NCBI GenBank assembly: GCA_003484955.1
Contig: DMZH01000002.1
Location: 145,700 to 209,699, forward strand
Direction of reading: 5' to 3'
From: Candidatus Woesebacteria bacterium
GTDB lineage: Bacteria > Patescibacteriota > Microgenomatia > UBA8517
Length of the DNA: 64,000 nt
Shown: one piece after another, positions 28,053-37,225 of the stretch
Layout: every line of letters begins with the position of its first letter
Position numbering within the stretch: position 1 is the stretch's first letter
Position numbers and translations under genes: made by a program
Notes under the pieces: model-generated
What the model saw: the letters and a program-made list of their open reading frames with translations, nothing else
Told to the model about the DNA's origin: nothing
The model's database searches: none

Positions 28053-30320
28053 ATGGCTAATTCATTAAATCTTTCTGACAACGAAAAGCGAGATATTATT
28101 AAATTTTTACAAGAAGGCAAATCTCTTCCTGAAAAATATAGATTTCTTCTTTTTAATGACGATCGTGAAGTTGAGCTTTTGTGGAATGGTAAAACAAATG
28201 AAGTTACTAATGTAGTATTGCCCTTTCAGGTAATAGAGCAAATTGACGAGCCAAGAAGTGATGCCAAATTCGGAATGCAAAACACACTTTTTGATACTAC
28301 TGGTCGACAAATTACAGGGTGGACAAATAAACTTATTTGGGGCGACAACAAATTAATACTTTCTTCACTCAAAAATGGTCCACTTCGAAAAGGAATTGAA
28401 GCACAAGGCGGTATAAAGTTGATTTACATTGACCCGCCCTTTGACGTTGGTGCTGACTTTTCAATGAATATAGAAGTTGGAGAAGATAGTTTTACCAAAA
28501 AACCCTCTGTAATTGAGGAAATTGCATATAGGGATACTTGGGGCAAAGGTGCAGATAGTTTTATTGCAATGATTTATCAAAGATTAAAATTGATGCACGA
28601 TTTATTGGCTAACGATGGAAGTATCTATGTCCATTGCGATTGGAGATTAAATAGCTATATGCGTTTAATCCTTGATGAAATTTTCGGTAAAGAAAATTAT
28701 AGAAATGAAATTGTTTGGAAACGCACATATTCTACAAAAGCACAGAGTATTAGCTTTGGTAAAACTCATGAACTTATTTTGTTTTACGCAAAAAGTGAAA
28801 GTACTAAATTAAAACAACTTTATCAAAAGCCAGATGAAGGGTATGTAGATAAATATTTTAATAAAACGGACGAAAATGGCAAAAAGTATCAATCTTTAAG
28901 CTTAACCCAACAAGGACAAGGACCAGCTAGATATTTTGGAGACAAACTAATAGAACCGACTAAGGGAATGCATTGGATTTGGTCGCAGGATAGAATCACT
29001 AAAGCTTTTCAAGAAGGTAGAATAGTTTTTACTAAAAATGATTTTCCAAGACTTAAAAAATACCTTGAGGATTGGAATGAACAAGGTCGTCCAATTGATG
29101 GTCTTTGGGTGGATGATGAAGTCGGGCCTCTAAACTCGTGGCACAGTGAATCACTCGATTATCCAACTCAAAAACCTGAATCGATGCTCACTCGCATAAT
29201 TCAATCCAGCAGTAATGAGGGAGATTTGGTTGCAGATTTTTTCTGTGGATCGGGAACAACACTTGCAGTTGCTGAAAAATTGAATAGAAAGTGGATAGGG
29301 TCTGATCTGGGAAAATTTGGAATACATACAACAAGAAAAAGAATGATAGGAGTGCAAAGAGAACTTAAGAAAGATGGCAAAGATTTTAGAGCTTTTGAAA
29401 TATTAAATGTTGGTAAGTATGAAAGAGATAGTTATCTAACAACAAATGATGATTTGAGAGCTGAAGAAAGAATAAAGCAAGCAGAAAGGAAAGAAAAAGA
29501 ATTCGTAAAACTTATTGTTACTGCCTATAAAGCAGAACTCATTGAATCATTTGTAAATATTGTAGGTAAAAAACGAGATAGACTAATTGCGGTTGGTCCA
29601 ATAAATACTCCTGTATCCTCTAAGTTTATTCAACAAGTAGTAAATGAATGCAAAGATAAAAATTTAACTAAAGTAGATATTTTAGGTTTTGACTATGAAA
29701 TGGGTATGAACATTGAGGAATATAGAAGTCAAAGTATTGATATTGTTTTTAAGGTAATTCCGAGAGAAGTTTTTGATAAACAAGCTGTAGAAAAAGGACA
29801 AGTTAAGTTTTACGATGTCGCATATATTGACGCAAAACCAGTTGTAAAGGGTGGAGCTAAAAGCAAGGAGTTGTCCATCGAGCTTACTGACTTTTCAGTT
29901 TTTTATAACCAAGATGCGAGTGATGATGTTTCTGAAAGTTTAAGACCTGGTGGAACAAAAGTTGTTGTTGAAAATGGACAAGTTGTTAAATTAACAAAAG
30001 ATAAAGAGTCTGATGTTGTATCAAAAGAAGTTTTAACTAAAAAATGGAGTGACTGGATTGATTATTGGGCAGTTGATTATAATTTTTCTGATAGAAAAGA
30101 AGTAATAATTGACCAAGACGATAAAGGTGAATATGTTGAGGCTTGGACAGGGGACTATATTTTTGATAACGAATGGCAAAGTTTTAGAACAAATAAAAAT
30201 AGAAATCTTGAATTAACTTCAACTCCAAGAGAAATGATAAAAGGAAATTATAAAGTTGCTGTTAAAGTTGTTGATATTTTTGGCAATGATACAACTAAAA
30301 TTATTGAGGTAAATATTTAA
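28053..30320 (+). CDS. mod: Type III R-M DNA methyltransferase (Mod)
   Basis: IYIDPPF, YPTQKPE, DFFCGSGTT; C-terminal AVKVVDIFGN; adjacent to res. Confidence 0.92.
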   Translation: MANSLNLSDNEKRDIIKFLQEGKSLPEKYRFLLFNDDREVELLWNGKTNEVTNVVLPFQVIEQIDEPRSDAKFGMQNTLFDTTGRQITGWTNKLIWGDNKLILSSLKNGPLRKGIEAQGGIKLIYIDPPFDVGADFSMNIEVGEDSFTKKPSVIEEIAYRDTWGKGADSFIAMIYQRLKLMHDLLANDGSIYVHCDWRLNSYMRLILDEIFGKENYRNEIVWKRTYSTKAQSISFGKTHELILFYAKSESTKLKQLYQKPDEGYVDKYFNKTDENGKKYQSLSLTQQGQGPARYFGDKLIEPTKGMHWIWSQDRITKAFQEGRIVFTKNDFPRLKKYLEDWNEQGRPIDGLWVDDEVGPLNSWHSESLDYPTQKPESMLTRIIQSSSNEGDLVADFFCGSGTTLAVAEKLNRKWIGSDLGKFGIHTTRKRMIGVQRELKKDGKDFRAFEILNVGKYERDSYLTTNDDLRAEERIKQAERKEKEFVKLIVTAYKAELIESFVNIVGKKRDRLIAVGPINTPVSSKFIQQVVNECKDKNLTKVDILGFDYEMGMNIEEYRSQSIDIVFKVIPREVFDKQAVEKGQVKFYDVAYIDAKPVVKGGAKSKELSIELTDFSVFYNQDASDDVSESLRPGGTKVVVENGQVVKLTKDKESDVVSKEVLTKKWSDWIDYWAVDYNFSDRKEVIIDQDDKGEYVEAWTGDYIFDNEWQSFRTNKNRNLELTSTPREMIKGNYKVAVKVVDIFGNDTTKIIEVNI

Positions 30321-33011
30321 ATGGCATTACATAAAGATTTTCCAAAAGATCCGTACGCAATACTTGACCCTTCGATCAGGTGGTTTCCTGCTGACGAAGT
30401 CTTAAGAGAAAAAGGATATGATAAATTACTTCCACCACTCGTTGCTGATCTCCGAAAAAAAGTAAAAGAATGGAGAGATAAAAATTATGAAGGTGCGAGT
30501 GAAACTTCACAATCACTTTTGAATTGGTGGTTTAAGGAAGATCATGTTGTATACGATCAACATGGTGTTTCTTCAAATTTTAGATATTACTTTGCGCAAA
30601 GAGAAGCTTTAGAAACTGTCATATGGCTTTATGAAGTTGCCAAGGTAAAAGATAAATACGATCTAATTAGATACAACTCAACTCAAGTATTAAGTGCGGG
30701 TATGTTTACTGAGGATTGGTTAAGATTTGTAATCAAAATGGCAACAGGAGCAGGAAAGACAAAAGTTATGAGTTTAATTATTGCTTGGGCATATTTTCAT
30801 AGAAAATATGAGTTAGATTCTAATCTTTCAAAAAACTTTCTATTAATTACTCCAAATGTAATAGTATTTGAAAGAATCAAAAATGACTTTGAAGGTCTAA
30901 AGATATTTTTTACAGATCCGGTTTTACCTGATAATGGATATAATGGTCAAAATTGGCAAGATGATTTTCAATTAACATTACACTTACAAGATCAGTTAAG
31001 TACCATTTCAGATACCGGAAATATATTTTTAACTAACATACACAGAGTTTTTGAAGGAAATATTAAAGAAGCGAGTTTAGATGACGAAGATGTTTCTTCG
31101 TACTTCTTAGGTCGTAAACCAGTTACAAAAACTAACGATTCGACAGTTGACCTTGGTATGATTGTTCGAGATATTGATGAACTGATTGTTATAAATGATG
31201 AAGCCCACCATATACACGATGAAAATATGGTTTGGTATAAATCTATACTTGATATTGACAACAAGTTAAAACAAAAAGGATCAGGTCTCGCACTTCAATT
31301 AGATCTAACAGCCACTCCAAAAAAGAATGATGGCTCGATATTCGTGCAGGTAATATCTGACTATCCTTTAGTCGAAGCAATTCATCAAAGAATTGTCAAA
31401 AATCCAGTAATACCTGATGGGGCAAGTCAGGGGAAATTAAAGGAAAACCAAAGTATTTTGTTTAGTGAAAAATATAGAGACTATATTAATCTTGGAGTTG
31501 AAGAATGGAGGAAAACATATAAAACCTTAGAACCGATGGGTAAAAAATCAATTTTATTTATAATGACGGATGATACAAAAAACTGTGATGAAGTAGCTGA
31601 ATATATTAAAACAAGTTTTTCTGATCTTCGCGATGCAGTTTTAACAATCCACACTAATAAAAGCGGAGAGATTTCAGAAAGCGTTGGTGGTAAAAACGAA
31701 GAAGATTTAATACTTCTCCGAAAACAAGCTAATGAAATTGATAGTTGGGAAAGTCCTTTCAAAGTAATAGTTTCTGTAATGATGCTTAAAGAAGGCTGGG
31801 ATGTAAAAAACGTAACTACTATTGTAGGTCTTAGACCTTACGCAGCGGATTCAAAGATTCTTCCAGAACAAACGCTTGGTAGAGGTTTAAGGAGAATGTT
31901 TTTTGGCAGAGATGATGTTGAAGAATATGTAAGTGTAATTGGTACCACCGCTTTTATGGAATTTGTTGAATCAATTCAAGGGGAGGGTGTAATGCTTGAG
32001 CGAAAAGCTATGGGTGCAGGATCAAAGCCAATTACACCTGCAGTTATTGAAGTTGATAAGGAAAATCCAAATAAAAATATTGAAAAACTTGATATAGAAA
32101 TACCTGTAATGACTCCAAGAATCCAAAGGGAATATAAAAATCTTGCCAATTTAGATGTTTCTCAATTTGGAAATAAGAAAGTAAGTGTAAAGACTTTCTC
32201 AGAACAAGAAAAAAGAGAAATTATTTTCAAAGATGTTGTTGACGAAAAAATACATCATACAACTGTACTAACTGGCGATATTGAACCAGATTATAGAAGT
32301 GTAATTGGTTTTTTTGCCCAAGCTGTAATGAGAGAACTTAGGCTTTTTGGTTGTTATGACATTTTGTTTGAAAAAGTAAAGGAATTTATCGAGAAATATT
32401 TATTTGATATTACAGTTGATTTATCAGATCTCAATATATTAAGAAACTTGTCAGAAGTAGAATATATAAAATTTATTAAAGACACATTCAAAGATGCCAT
32501 TAATAACTTAACAATTCAAGATACTGGAGACACTGAAATCAAAAATTATATTAAAATTAGTGAAGCAAGACCATTTGTTGTTAATGATAAATCATATTTA
32601 ATTCCAAAAAAATCAGTATTTAATAAAATTGTAGGAGATAGTAATTTTGAACTTACTTTTGCTGATTTTCTTGAAAACTGTGAAGATGTAATTTCATTTT
32701 CCAAAAATTATCAAAACAAAGAAGCGAGTGCATTAAGAATTGAATATAAAAATTCAGAAGGGTTAATCGCAAACTATTATCCAGACTTTTTCGCAAAATT
32801 GGATGATAAAACTGTTTACATAATTGAAACAAAAGGCCGAGAGGAAGATGATGATAAACTAAAATTTGAAAGATTACAAAAATGGTGCATCGATGTAAAC
32901 AGTCGTCAAACAAAAGTGGAATATAAATCTCTATATATTAAGCAAGAAGAATGGGAAAATAATAAATTAAAAAATTTTGACGAGGTTGTTAGGTTATTTA
33001 CATCTATTTAA
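30321..33011 (+). CDS. res: Type III R-M restriction subunit (Res)
   Basis: MATGAGKT, DEAHH, LTATP, EGWDV, QTLGRGLR; C-terminal PDF...IETKG nuclease. Confidence 0.92.
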   Translation: MALHKDFPKDPYAILDPSIRWFPADEVLREKGYDKLLPPLVADLRKKVKEWRDKNYEGASETSQSLLNWWFKEDHVVYDQHGVSSNFRYYFAQREALETVIWLYEVAKVKDKYDLIRYNSTQVLSAGMFTEDWLRFVIKMATGAGKTKVMSLIIAWAYFHRKYELDSNLSKNFLLITPNVIVFERIKNDFEGLKIFFTDPVLPDNGYNGQNWQDDFQLTLHLQDQLSTISDTGNIFLTNIHRVFEGNIKEASLDDEDVSSYFLGRKPVTKTNDSTVDLGMIVRDIDELIVINDEAHHIHDENMVWYKSILDIDNKLKQKGSGLALQLDLTATPKKNDGSIFVQVISDYPLVEAIHQRIVKNPVIPDGASQGKLKENQSILFSEKYRDYINLGVEEWRKTYKTLEPMGKKSILFIMTDDTKNCDEVAEYIKTSFSDLRDAVLTIHTNKSGEISESVGGKNEEDLILLRKQANEIDSWESPFKVIVSVMMLKEGWDVKNVTTIVGLRPYAADSKILPEQTLGRGLRRMFFGRDDVEEYVSVIGTTAFMEFVESIQGEGVMLERKAMGAGSKPITPAVIEVDKENPNKNIEKLDIEIPVMTPRIQREYKNLANLDVSQFGNKKVSVKTFSEQEKREIIFKDVVDEKIHHTTVLTGDIEPDYRSVIGFFAQAVMRELRLFGCYDILFEKVKEFIEKYLFDITVDLSDLNILRNLSEVEYIKFIKDTFKDAINNLTIQDTGDTEIKNYIKISEARPFVVNDKSYLIPKKSVFNKIVGDSNFELTFADFLENCEDVISFSKNYQNKEASALRIEYKNSEGLIANYYPDFFAKLDDKTVYIIETKGREEDDDKLKFERLQKWCIDVNSRQTKVEYKSLYIKQEEWENNKLKNFDEVVRLFTSI

Positions 33012-33698
33012 ATGTATAAACTTTCACCATCAGATTTTGCATATTTATACGAGGAATGTAAGCTTTGCTATTACTTAAAGATTAAACATGGAATATACCA
33101 ACCAAGCATGCCAATGCCTGGAGTTTTTTCTGCAATAAATACTCGACTTCAAGGAAATTTGGTTGGTAAAAATCTTCACACGCTTTCAGAAAAGTTGCCA
33201 GATGGGATCGTTGAAAATCAAGAAGGTTGGGTTGAATCAAAACCAGTTCCTGATACGGAAGTATTTATAAAAGGCAAATACGATTTATTAGTTAAACTTC
33301 CTGATGACACGCACCTATTGGTTGATCTAAAAATTAGCACACCGGGGGATGATAAAATTGAAAAATATAAAACTCAACTTAATGCCTACAAATTTGCTCT
33401 TGAAAATCCAGCTAACGGAAACCCTATAAAATTAACAAGGCTTGGACTTTTGATTTTTTATCCAGACCAAGTTAGTTTTGAGAAAGGAAGTGCTACCCTA
33501 ACTTTTCCTCCAAGCTGGTTAGAGGTTCCTGCTGATCAAACAGGATTTTTAGCTTTTGCAAAAAGAATAGATAAATTACTTTCGGGTCCAACACCAGAGG
33601 AGGGAAAAGAATGTAAATGGTGCAAATATAGACATTTGGGAGATACCCTTTCTCATACTGATACTGGAAGTGTGAAGGATGACACAATTCCATTTTAA
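33012..33698 (+). CDS. PD-(D/E)XK nuclease family protein
   Basis: LSPS, C..C, KGKYDLL, VDLK, QL..Y, C..C.Y. Confidence 0.85.
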   Translation: MYKLSPSDFAYLYEECKLCYYLKIKHGIYQPSMPMPGVFSAINTRLQGNLVGKNLHTLSEKLPDGIVENQEGWVESKPVPDTEVFIKGKYDLLVKLPDDTHLLVDLKISTPGDDKIEKYKTQLNAYKFALENPANGNPIKLTRLGLLIFYPDQVSFEKGSATLTFPPSWLEVPADQTGFLAFAKRIDKLLSGPTPEEGKECKWCKYRHLGDTLSHTDTGSVKDDTIPF

Positions 33699-33734
33699 GG
33701 AGTTAACTTTGGTGTTGTACAACAGTGAAGTATA

Positions 33735-33763
33735 TTGACAATTTGCCACCAAATGGTAACAAT
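33735..33763 (+). promoter_or_regulatory. Putative sigma70 promoter
   Basis: TTGACA-17 nt-AACAAT. Confidence 0.45.
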
Positions 33764-33780
33764 GGTATTATACTTCTCCA

Positions 33781-33939
33781 ATGACTAAAACTAACAAATC
33801 TCAACCAACTAAAAAAGCAGTTTATTTTATTGCTACAAAATATAAAAATAGGCAGACTCGTGTCAGTCTATATACAAAAGACTGGAAAAGTGTCGCTAAA
33901 AGCGATGCTACGGATAAACTCGGATATTCATTAGAATAA
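33781..33939 (+). CDS. Small basic hypothetical protein (52 aa, absent from the ORF track)
   Basis: MTKTNKSQPTKKAVYFIATKYKNRQTRVSLYTKDWKSVAKSDATDKLGYSLE*, between a promoter and the RusA-like gene. Confidence 0.55.
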   Translation: MTKTNKSQPTKKAVYFIATKYKNRQTRVSLYTKDWKSVAKSDATDKLGYSLE

Positions 33940-33946
33940 CTTCTCC

Positions 33947-34459
33947 ATGGGTAAGAAAAATAAATCTCCGTTAACCCCAATGGATTTTCAGTTGGGTTCT
34001 GGAGGCGTCATTCCCTCCACCCAGGAAGCTTTTGGACCAAACAAAGAATTCTCTGGAAATATACGAAAAGAAGAAAGCGGCGCGACTGCAGAATTTAAAA
34101 AAGCTCTTGGTACCCAGATAGATGTCGAAATTGGTGAGTTGAAACAGTTCCCTTCGGATAAGGAGTTTTTTGTGTTTATAATTCAATACTTTGTTTCAGA
34201 CAAAGAATATAAGGCCAGAGACCTGGACAATATGGCTAAAACCATGCTGGACTTATTGAAAGGAAGATTTTATAAAGACGATGGACAAGTTAAGACACTC
34301 TTAGTTGGTAAGAAGATGGAAAAACGTGTTCCTAAAAATTTTATATATTTTGCATTAAAAGAAATGAAGGATGACAGAGATATTGATGCCCTGAAGATTT
34401 CCGGGCTAGAAAGATCAGTCACTCTTTTCAATGAACAAGTGGCAAAAGGACTTTGCTGA
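33947..34459 (+). CDS. RusA-family endonuclease
   Basis: DLDNMAKTMLDLL...DDGQV matches the RusA DxDNxxK...D...DD.QV pattern. Confidence 0.8.
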   Translation: MGKKNKSPLTPMDFQLGSGGVIPSTQEAFGPNKEFSGNIRKEESGATAEFKKALGTQIDVEIGELKQFPSDKEFFVFIIQYFVSDKEYKARDLDNMAKTMLDLLKGRFYKDDGQVKTLLVGKKMEKRVPKNFIYFALKEMKDDRDIDALKISGLERSVTLFNEQVAKGLC

Positions 34460-34538
34460 TACTAAAAATTGGCTTCAATTGTATAAAATAGTTATTCGAT
34501 TTTTTAATTGAGTATTTTATATTATCAATAGGCACGAG

Positions 34539-34787
34539 TGGCGTATTGCGAGCGACTGAAAGGAGCGAGCAAGAGAACAGAGTTAGCGAAGTCCCGCGAA
34601 GCGGGACTGAGCGACAACACGACATTCGCGTCAATTCATTTCCCCTTTAACCCCTTTTCTTGACGCAAATGTAATTGTTAGTATTTTGTTGTAAAATGAG
34701 TTCGAGCTAAATTATAAACATGCTCCCAAGATAAATTTTTTGAAGAGGCGCGAAGCGCCGACCAAGCGAATTGACACTCCACGGACT
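34539..34787 (-). repeat. Internal complete attP-like junction (P arm + core + P' arm), inverted
   Basis: 34539-34725 is the reverse complement of 24439-24625; 34722-34787 approximates the reverse complement of 36260-36327 with a small indel; shared GCTC core. Confidence 0.9.
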
Positions 34788-34838
34788 GATATTATTTGAG
34801 CTATTGCTTCGGGATAATTGCAAAGATATAAATAAGTA

Positions 34839-36386
34839 ATGGTAAATAAATTCTTCCTCTACGCCAGAAAGTCCACAGATGTAGAAGATATGCAGGTTCT
34901 TTCAATTGAAGCTCAAATTAATGAACTCCGTGAGTTAGCCAAGAAAGAAGGTTTAGAGATAGTAGATGAGCTAATTGAAAAGAAATCTGCAAAAAATCCC
35001 GGAAGGGTAATTTTTAATTCCATGCTTGATAGAATTGAAAAAGAAGAAGCTAATGGAATTATATCTTGGCACCCAGATAGACTTGCCAGGAATAGTGTGG
35101 ACGGAGGAAGAATTATTTACCTCTTAGATAGAAATAAATTATCTGCCCTCAAATTTAATACCTTTTGGTTTGAATCTACTCCTCAAGGAAAGTTCATGCT
35201 TAGTATTGCATTTTCTCAAAGTAAATATTATGTAGATTCCTTGTCAGAAAACACCAAAAGAGGACTTCGCCAAAAAGCTAAAAATGGATATTGCCCCAGT
35301 GTTGCCCCAATTGGTTATTTAAATGATTCAAGAAACAAAACTATTGTTTTAAATAAAAAAGTTGGTCCAATTATCAAAGAAACTTTTGAACATTATAGTA
35401 ACGGCAATATCCTAATGCGTGAAGTAAGTAGCTTTTTGGCTGAACGTGGAATACTTCTTCCTAGTGGTAGACCCTTCGGTCTTTCAAGAATTAGAAAAAT
35501 CTTAACAAATCCATATTATTATGGTCATTTTATATATGCGGGAGAAGTATATGAGGGCAGACACGACCCAATAATTTCAAAGCTACTTTTTGACAAAGTC
35601 CAAGAAATTATTAATAGAAAAAATAAACAGTGGAGTAAGGCTAGAGTAGAAAGAGTTCACAAGCCTTACGTTGGACTTTTGACGTGTGGTGAGTGCGGAA
35701 TGGGCATTACAGCTGATTTTAAAGATAGACATTATAAAAACGGCAATTGTAGCCATTTTAATTATTACAGGTGTACTAAAAAGGATAAAACTACAAAATG
35801 TCTACAATCCCATATCCGCGAGGAGGACTTGGATAGTCAGCTCACCACACTTCTCAAAAAGTACACTTTGAAAAATGCTTGGGCAATAAAAATGAATAAG
35901 AAACTAGATATTGAATCAAGAGATATTGCCCAATCATCCCTTTCTGTCATTTCTCTCAAGAGAAAAGAAATTGATAATTTGAATTCTAAACTCCAGCTTC
36001 TTTTAGACAGTTATTTAGATCAAATAACTGATAAAGAAATGTACAAAAAAAAGAAGCTTGAGTTATTCTCTCAAAAGAAAACTTTTGAGGAACAAATTAT
36101 CAATTTGCAAAACCAGAAAGGGAATTGGATCGAACCTATGAGAAAGTGGATATCCGAAGCAAGTGAAGTGGATCAAATAATATCAACAAACAATAAAGAC
36201 GATAAAAAGGTTCTCGCTTCAAAAATCTTCGGCTCGAACCTCTTTTTGGAAGACAAAAAAGTCCGTGGAGTAGGCCAATTCGCTTGGTCGGCGCTTCGCG
36301 CCTCTTCAAAAAATTTATCTTGGGAGCCGAGAGTGGGGATCGAACCCACGACCTGCGGTTTACGATACCGCCGCTCTGCCAACTGA
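34839..36386 (+). CDS. Large serine recombinase (integrase)
   Basis: YARKS catalytic Ser, DRLARN, recombinase domain, CGECG..YYRC..C zinc ribbon, coiled coil; reads through the att site into antisense tRNA-Thr. Confidence 0.95.
   Translation: MVNKFFLYARKSTDVEDMQVLSIEAQINELRELAKKEGLEIVDELIEKKSAKNPGRVIFNSMLDRIEKEEANGIISWHPDRLARNSVDGGRIIYLLDRNKLSALKFNTFWFESTPQGKFMLSIAFSQSKYYVDSLSENTKRGLRQKAKNGYCPSVAPIGYLNDSRNKTIVLNKKVGPIIKETFEHYSNGNILMREVSSFLAERGILLPSGRPFGLSRIRKILTNPYYYGHFIYAGEVYEGRHDPIISKLLFDKVQEIINRKNKQWSKARVERVHKPYVGLLTCGECGMGITADFKDRHYKNGNCSHFNYYRCTKKDKTTKCLQSHIREEDLDSQLTTLLKKYTLKNAWAIKMNKKLDIESRDIAQSSLSVISLKRKEIDNLNSKLQLLLDSYLDQITDKEMYKKKKLELFSQKKTFEEQIINLQNQKGNWIEPMRKWISEASEVDQIISTNNKDDKKVLASKIFGSNLFLEDKKVRGVGQFAWSALRASSKNLSWEPRVGIEPTTCGLRYRRSAN
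36260..36327 (+). repeat. att arm (P') at the right island end
   Basis: Inverted copy of 34722-34787; ends in the GAGC core at the tRNA-Thr 3' end. Confidence 0.9.
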
Positions 36387-36397
36387 GCTACCTCGGC
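36325..36397 (-). tRNA. tRNA-Thr(CGT)
   Basis: Acceptor GCCGAGG/TCTCGGC, anticodon arm GCGGT-ATCGTAA-ACCGC, TTCGATC T-loop. Confidence 0.95.
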
Positions 36398-36429
36398 TTA
36401 TGTGCTCAATTATAGCATTTCTGGGCGTG

Positions 36430-36500
36430 AGCGGGTGAGCGGAGTCGAACCGCCCTTTCCACCTTGGGAAGGTGGCGTTGAGCCGATCAACTACACCCGC
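36430..36500 (-). tRNA. tRNA-Gly(CCC)
   Basis: Acceptor GCGGGTG/CACCCGC, anticodon arm CCACC-TTCCCAA-GGTGG, TTCGACT T-loop. Confidence 0.93.
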
Positions 36501-36567
36501 ATCAGCACAACAAAGACACACGAATTATATCATTGATTCAAATGTATGTCCGCCTTCCAAGGTTTTA

Positions 36568-37134
36568 TTATCTGGGTAAAATTAGAATGTTTCCCGTATG
36601 AATTATATTAGGGTTATCTAATTCGTTTACCTCTGCAATTTCAGTCCATCTGAAACCATCTCCATAGGCTCTGACTGCTATATTCCACAGGCTGTCTCCT
36701 TTAACTACTGTGTAGGTCTCGCTTGTTATCGGCGATTCTTGTAAAACAGTTTGAGATTCAGATTCCTCTGTTGTTGTAGGTTCGTTTGGTGTGACATCAT
36801 CAGGTAAGATTAACTTTTGTCCAATCTCAATATTATCTGTCTCTAAATTATTGGCACTTTTTATGTCTACCCAGTTATATCCGGAACCATACGAATTTTC
36901 TGCAATCGACCATAGTGTTTCACCTTCTACTACAGTGTGTTCGTTAATAGCTGATGTCTGGGTTGAGTCTACCGTAATACTGCCGTTTCCCTTGTCTTTA
37001 AAGTAATTTACAACCAAGACTCCAACTATAACAAGAACAATTGCCCCTAAGATCATGCTAATATTTTCCTCGTTAAGTTTTATTTGTTTGAGAAGTTTTT
37101 TTAGTTGAAAACTGTTATTTTGATCAAATTTCAA
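36568..37134 (-). CDS. Membrane-anchored protein with two LysM domains
   Basis: TM segment, then HTVVEGETLWSIA and YTVVKGDSLWNIA LysM repeats. Confidence 0.93.
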   Translation of the reverse strand: MKFDQNNSFQLKKLLKQIKLNEENISMILGAIVLVIVGVLVVNYFKDKGNGSITVDSTQTSAINEHTVVEGETLWSIAENSYGSGYNWVDIKSANNLETDNIEIGQKLILPDDVTPNEPTTTEESESQTVLQESPITSETYTVVKGDSLWNIAVRAYGDGFRWTEIAEVNELDNPNIIHTGNILILPR

Positions 37135-37225
37135 ATTTATTCACCTTCTTTCCGAAGGGCAGAGTTAGGCTGAATGTAGAGGAAGAAACGAATGAAGTCA
37201 ATAGGAAAATAATAATATTATTGGG

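Larger units (their letters stand above)
24439..36327. mobile_element. Serine-recombinase integrative defence island at the tRNA-Thr 3' end
   Basis: GAGC core at both ends (24439-42, 36324-27); large serine recombinase abutting the tRNA; AT-rich cargo of retron, type III R-M and nucleases. Confidence 0.88.

Noticed and set aside
28053-30320. Phase-variable mod (phasevarion)
   Set aside because: No simple-sequence repeat tract is visible in the gene or its promoter.
24439-34725. IS or composite transposon with terminal inverted repeats
   Set aside because: No transposase or target-site duplication; the repeats end exactly at the recombinase att core.
33947-36386. Prophage (RusA plus integrase)
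   Set aside because: No structural, terminase, replication or lysis genes within the att-bounded region.
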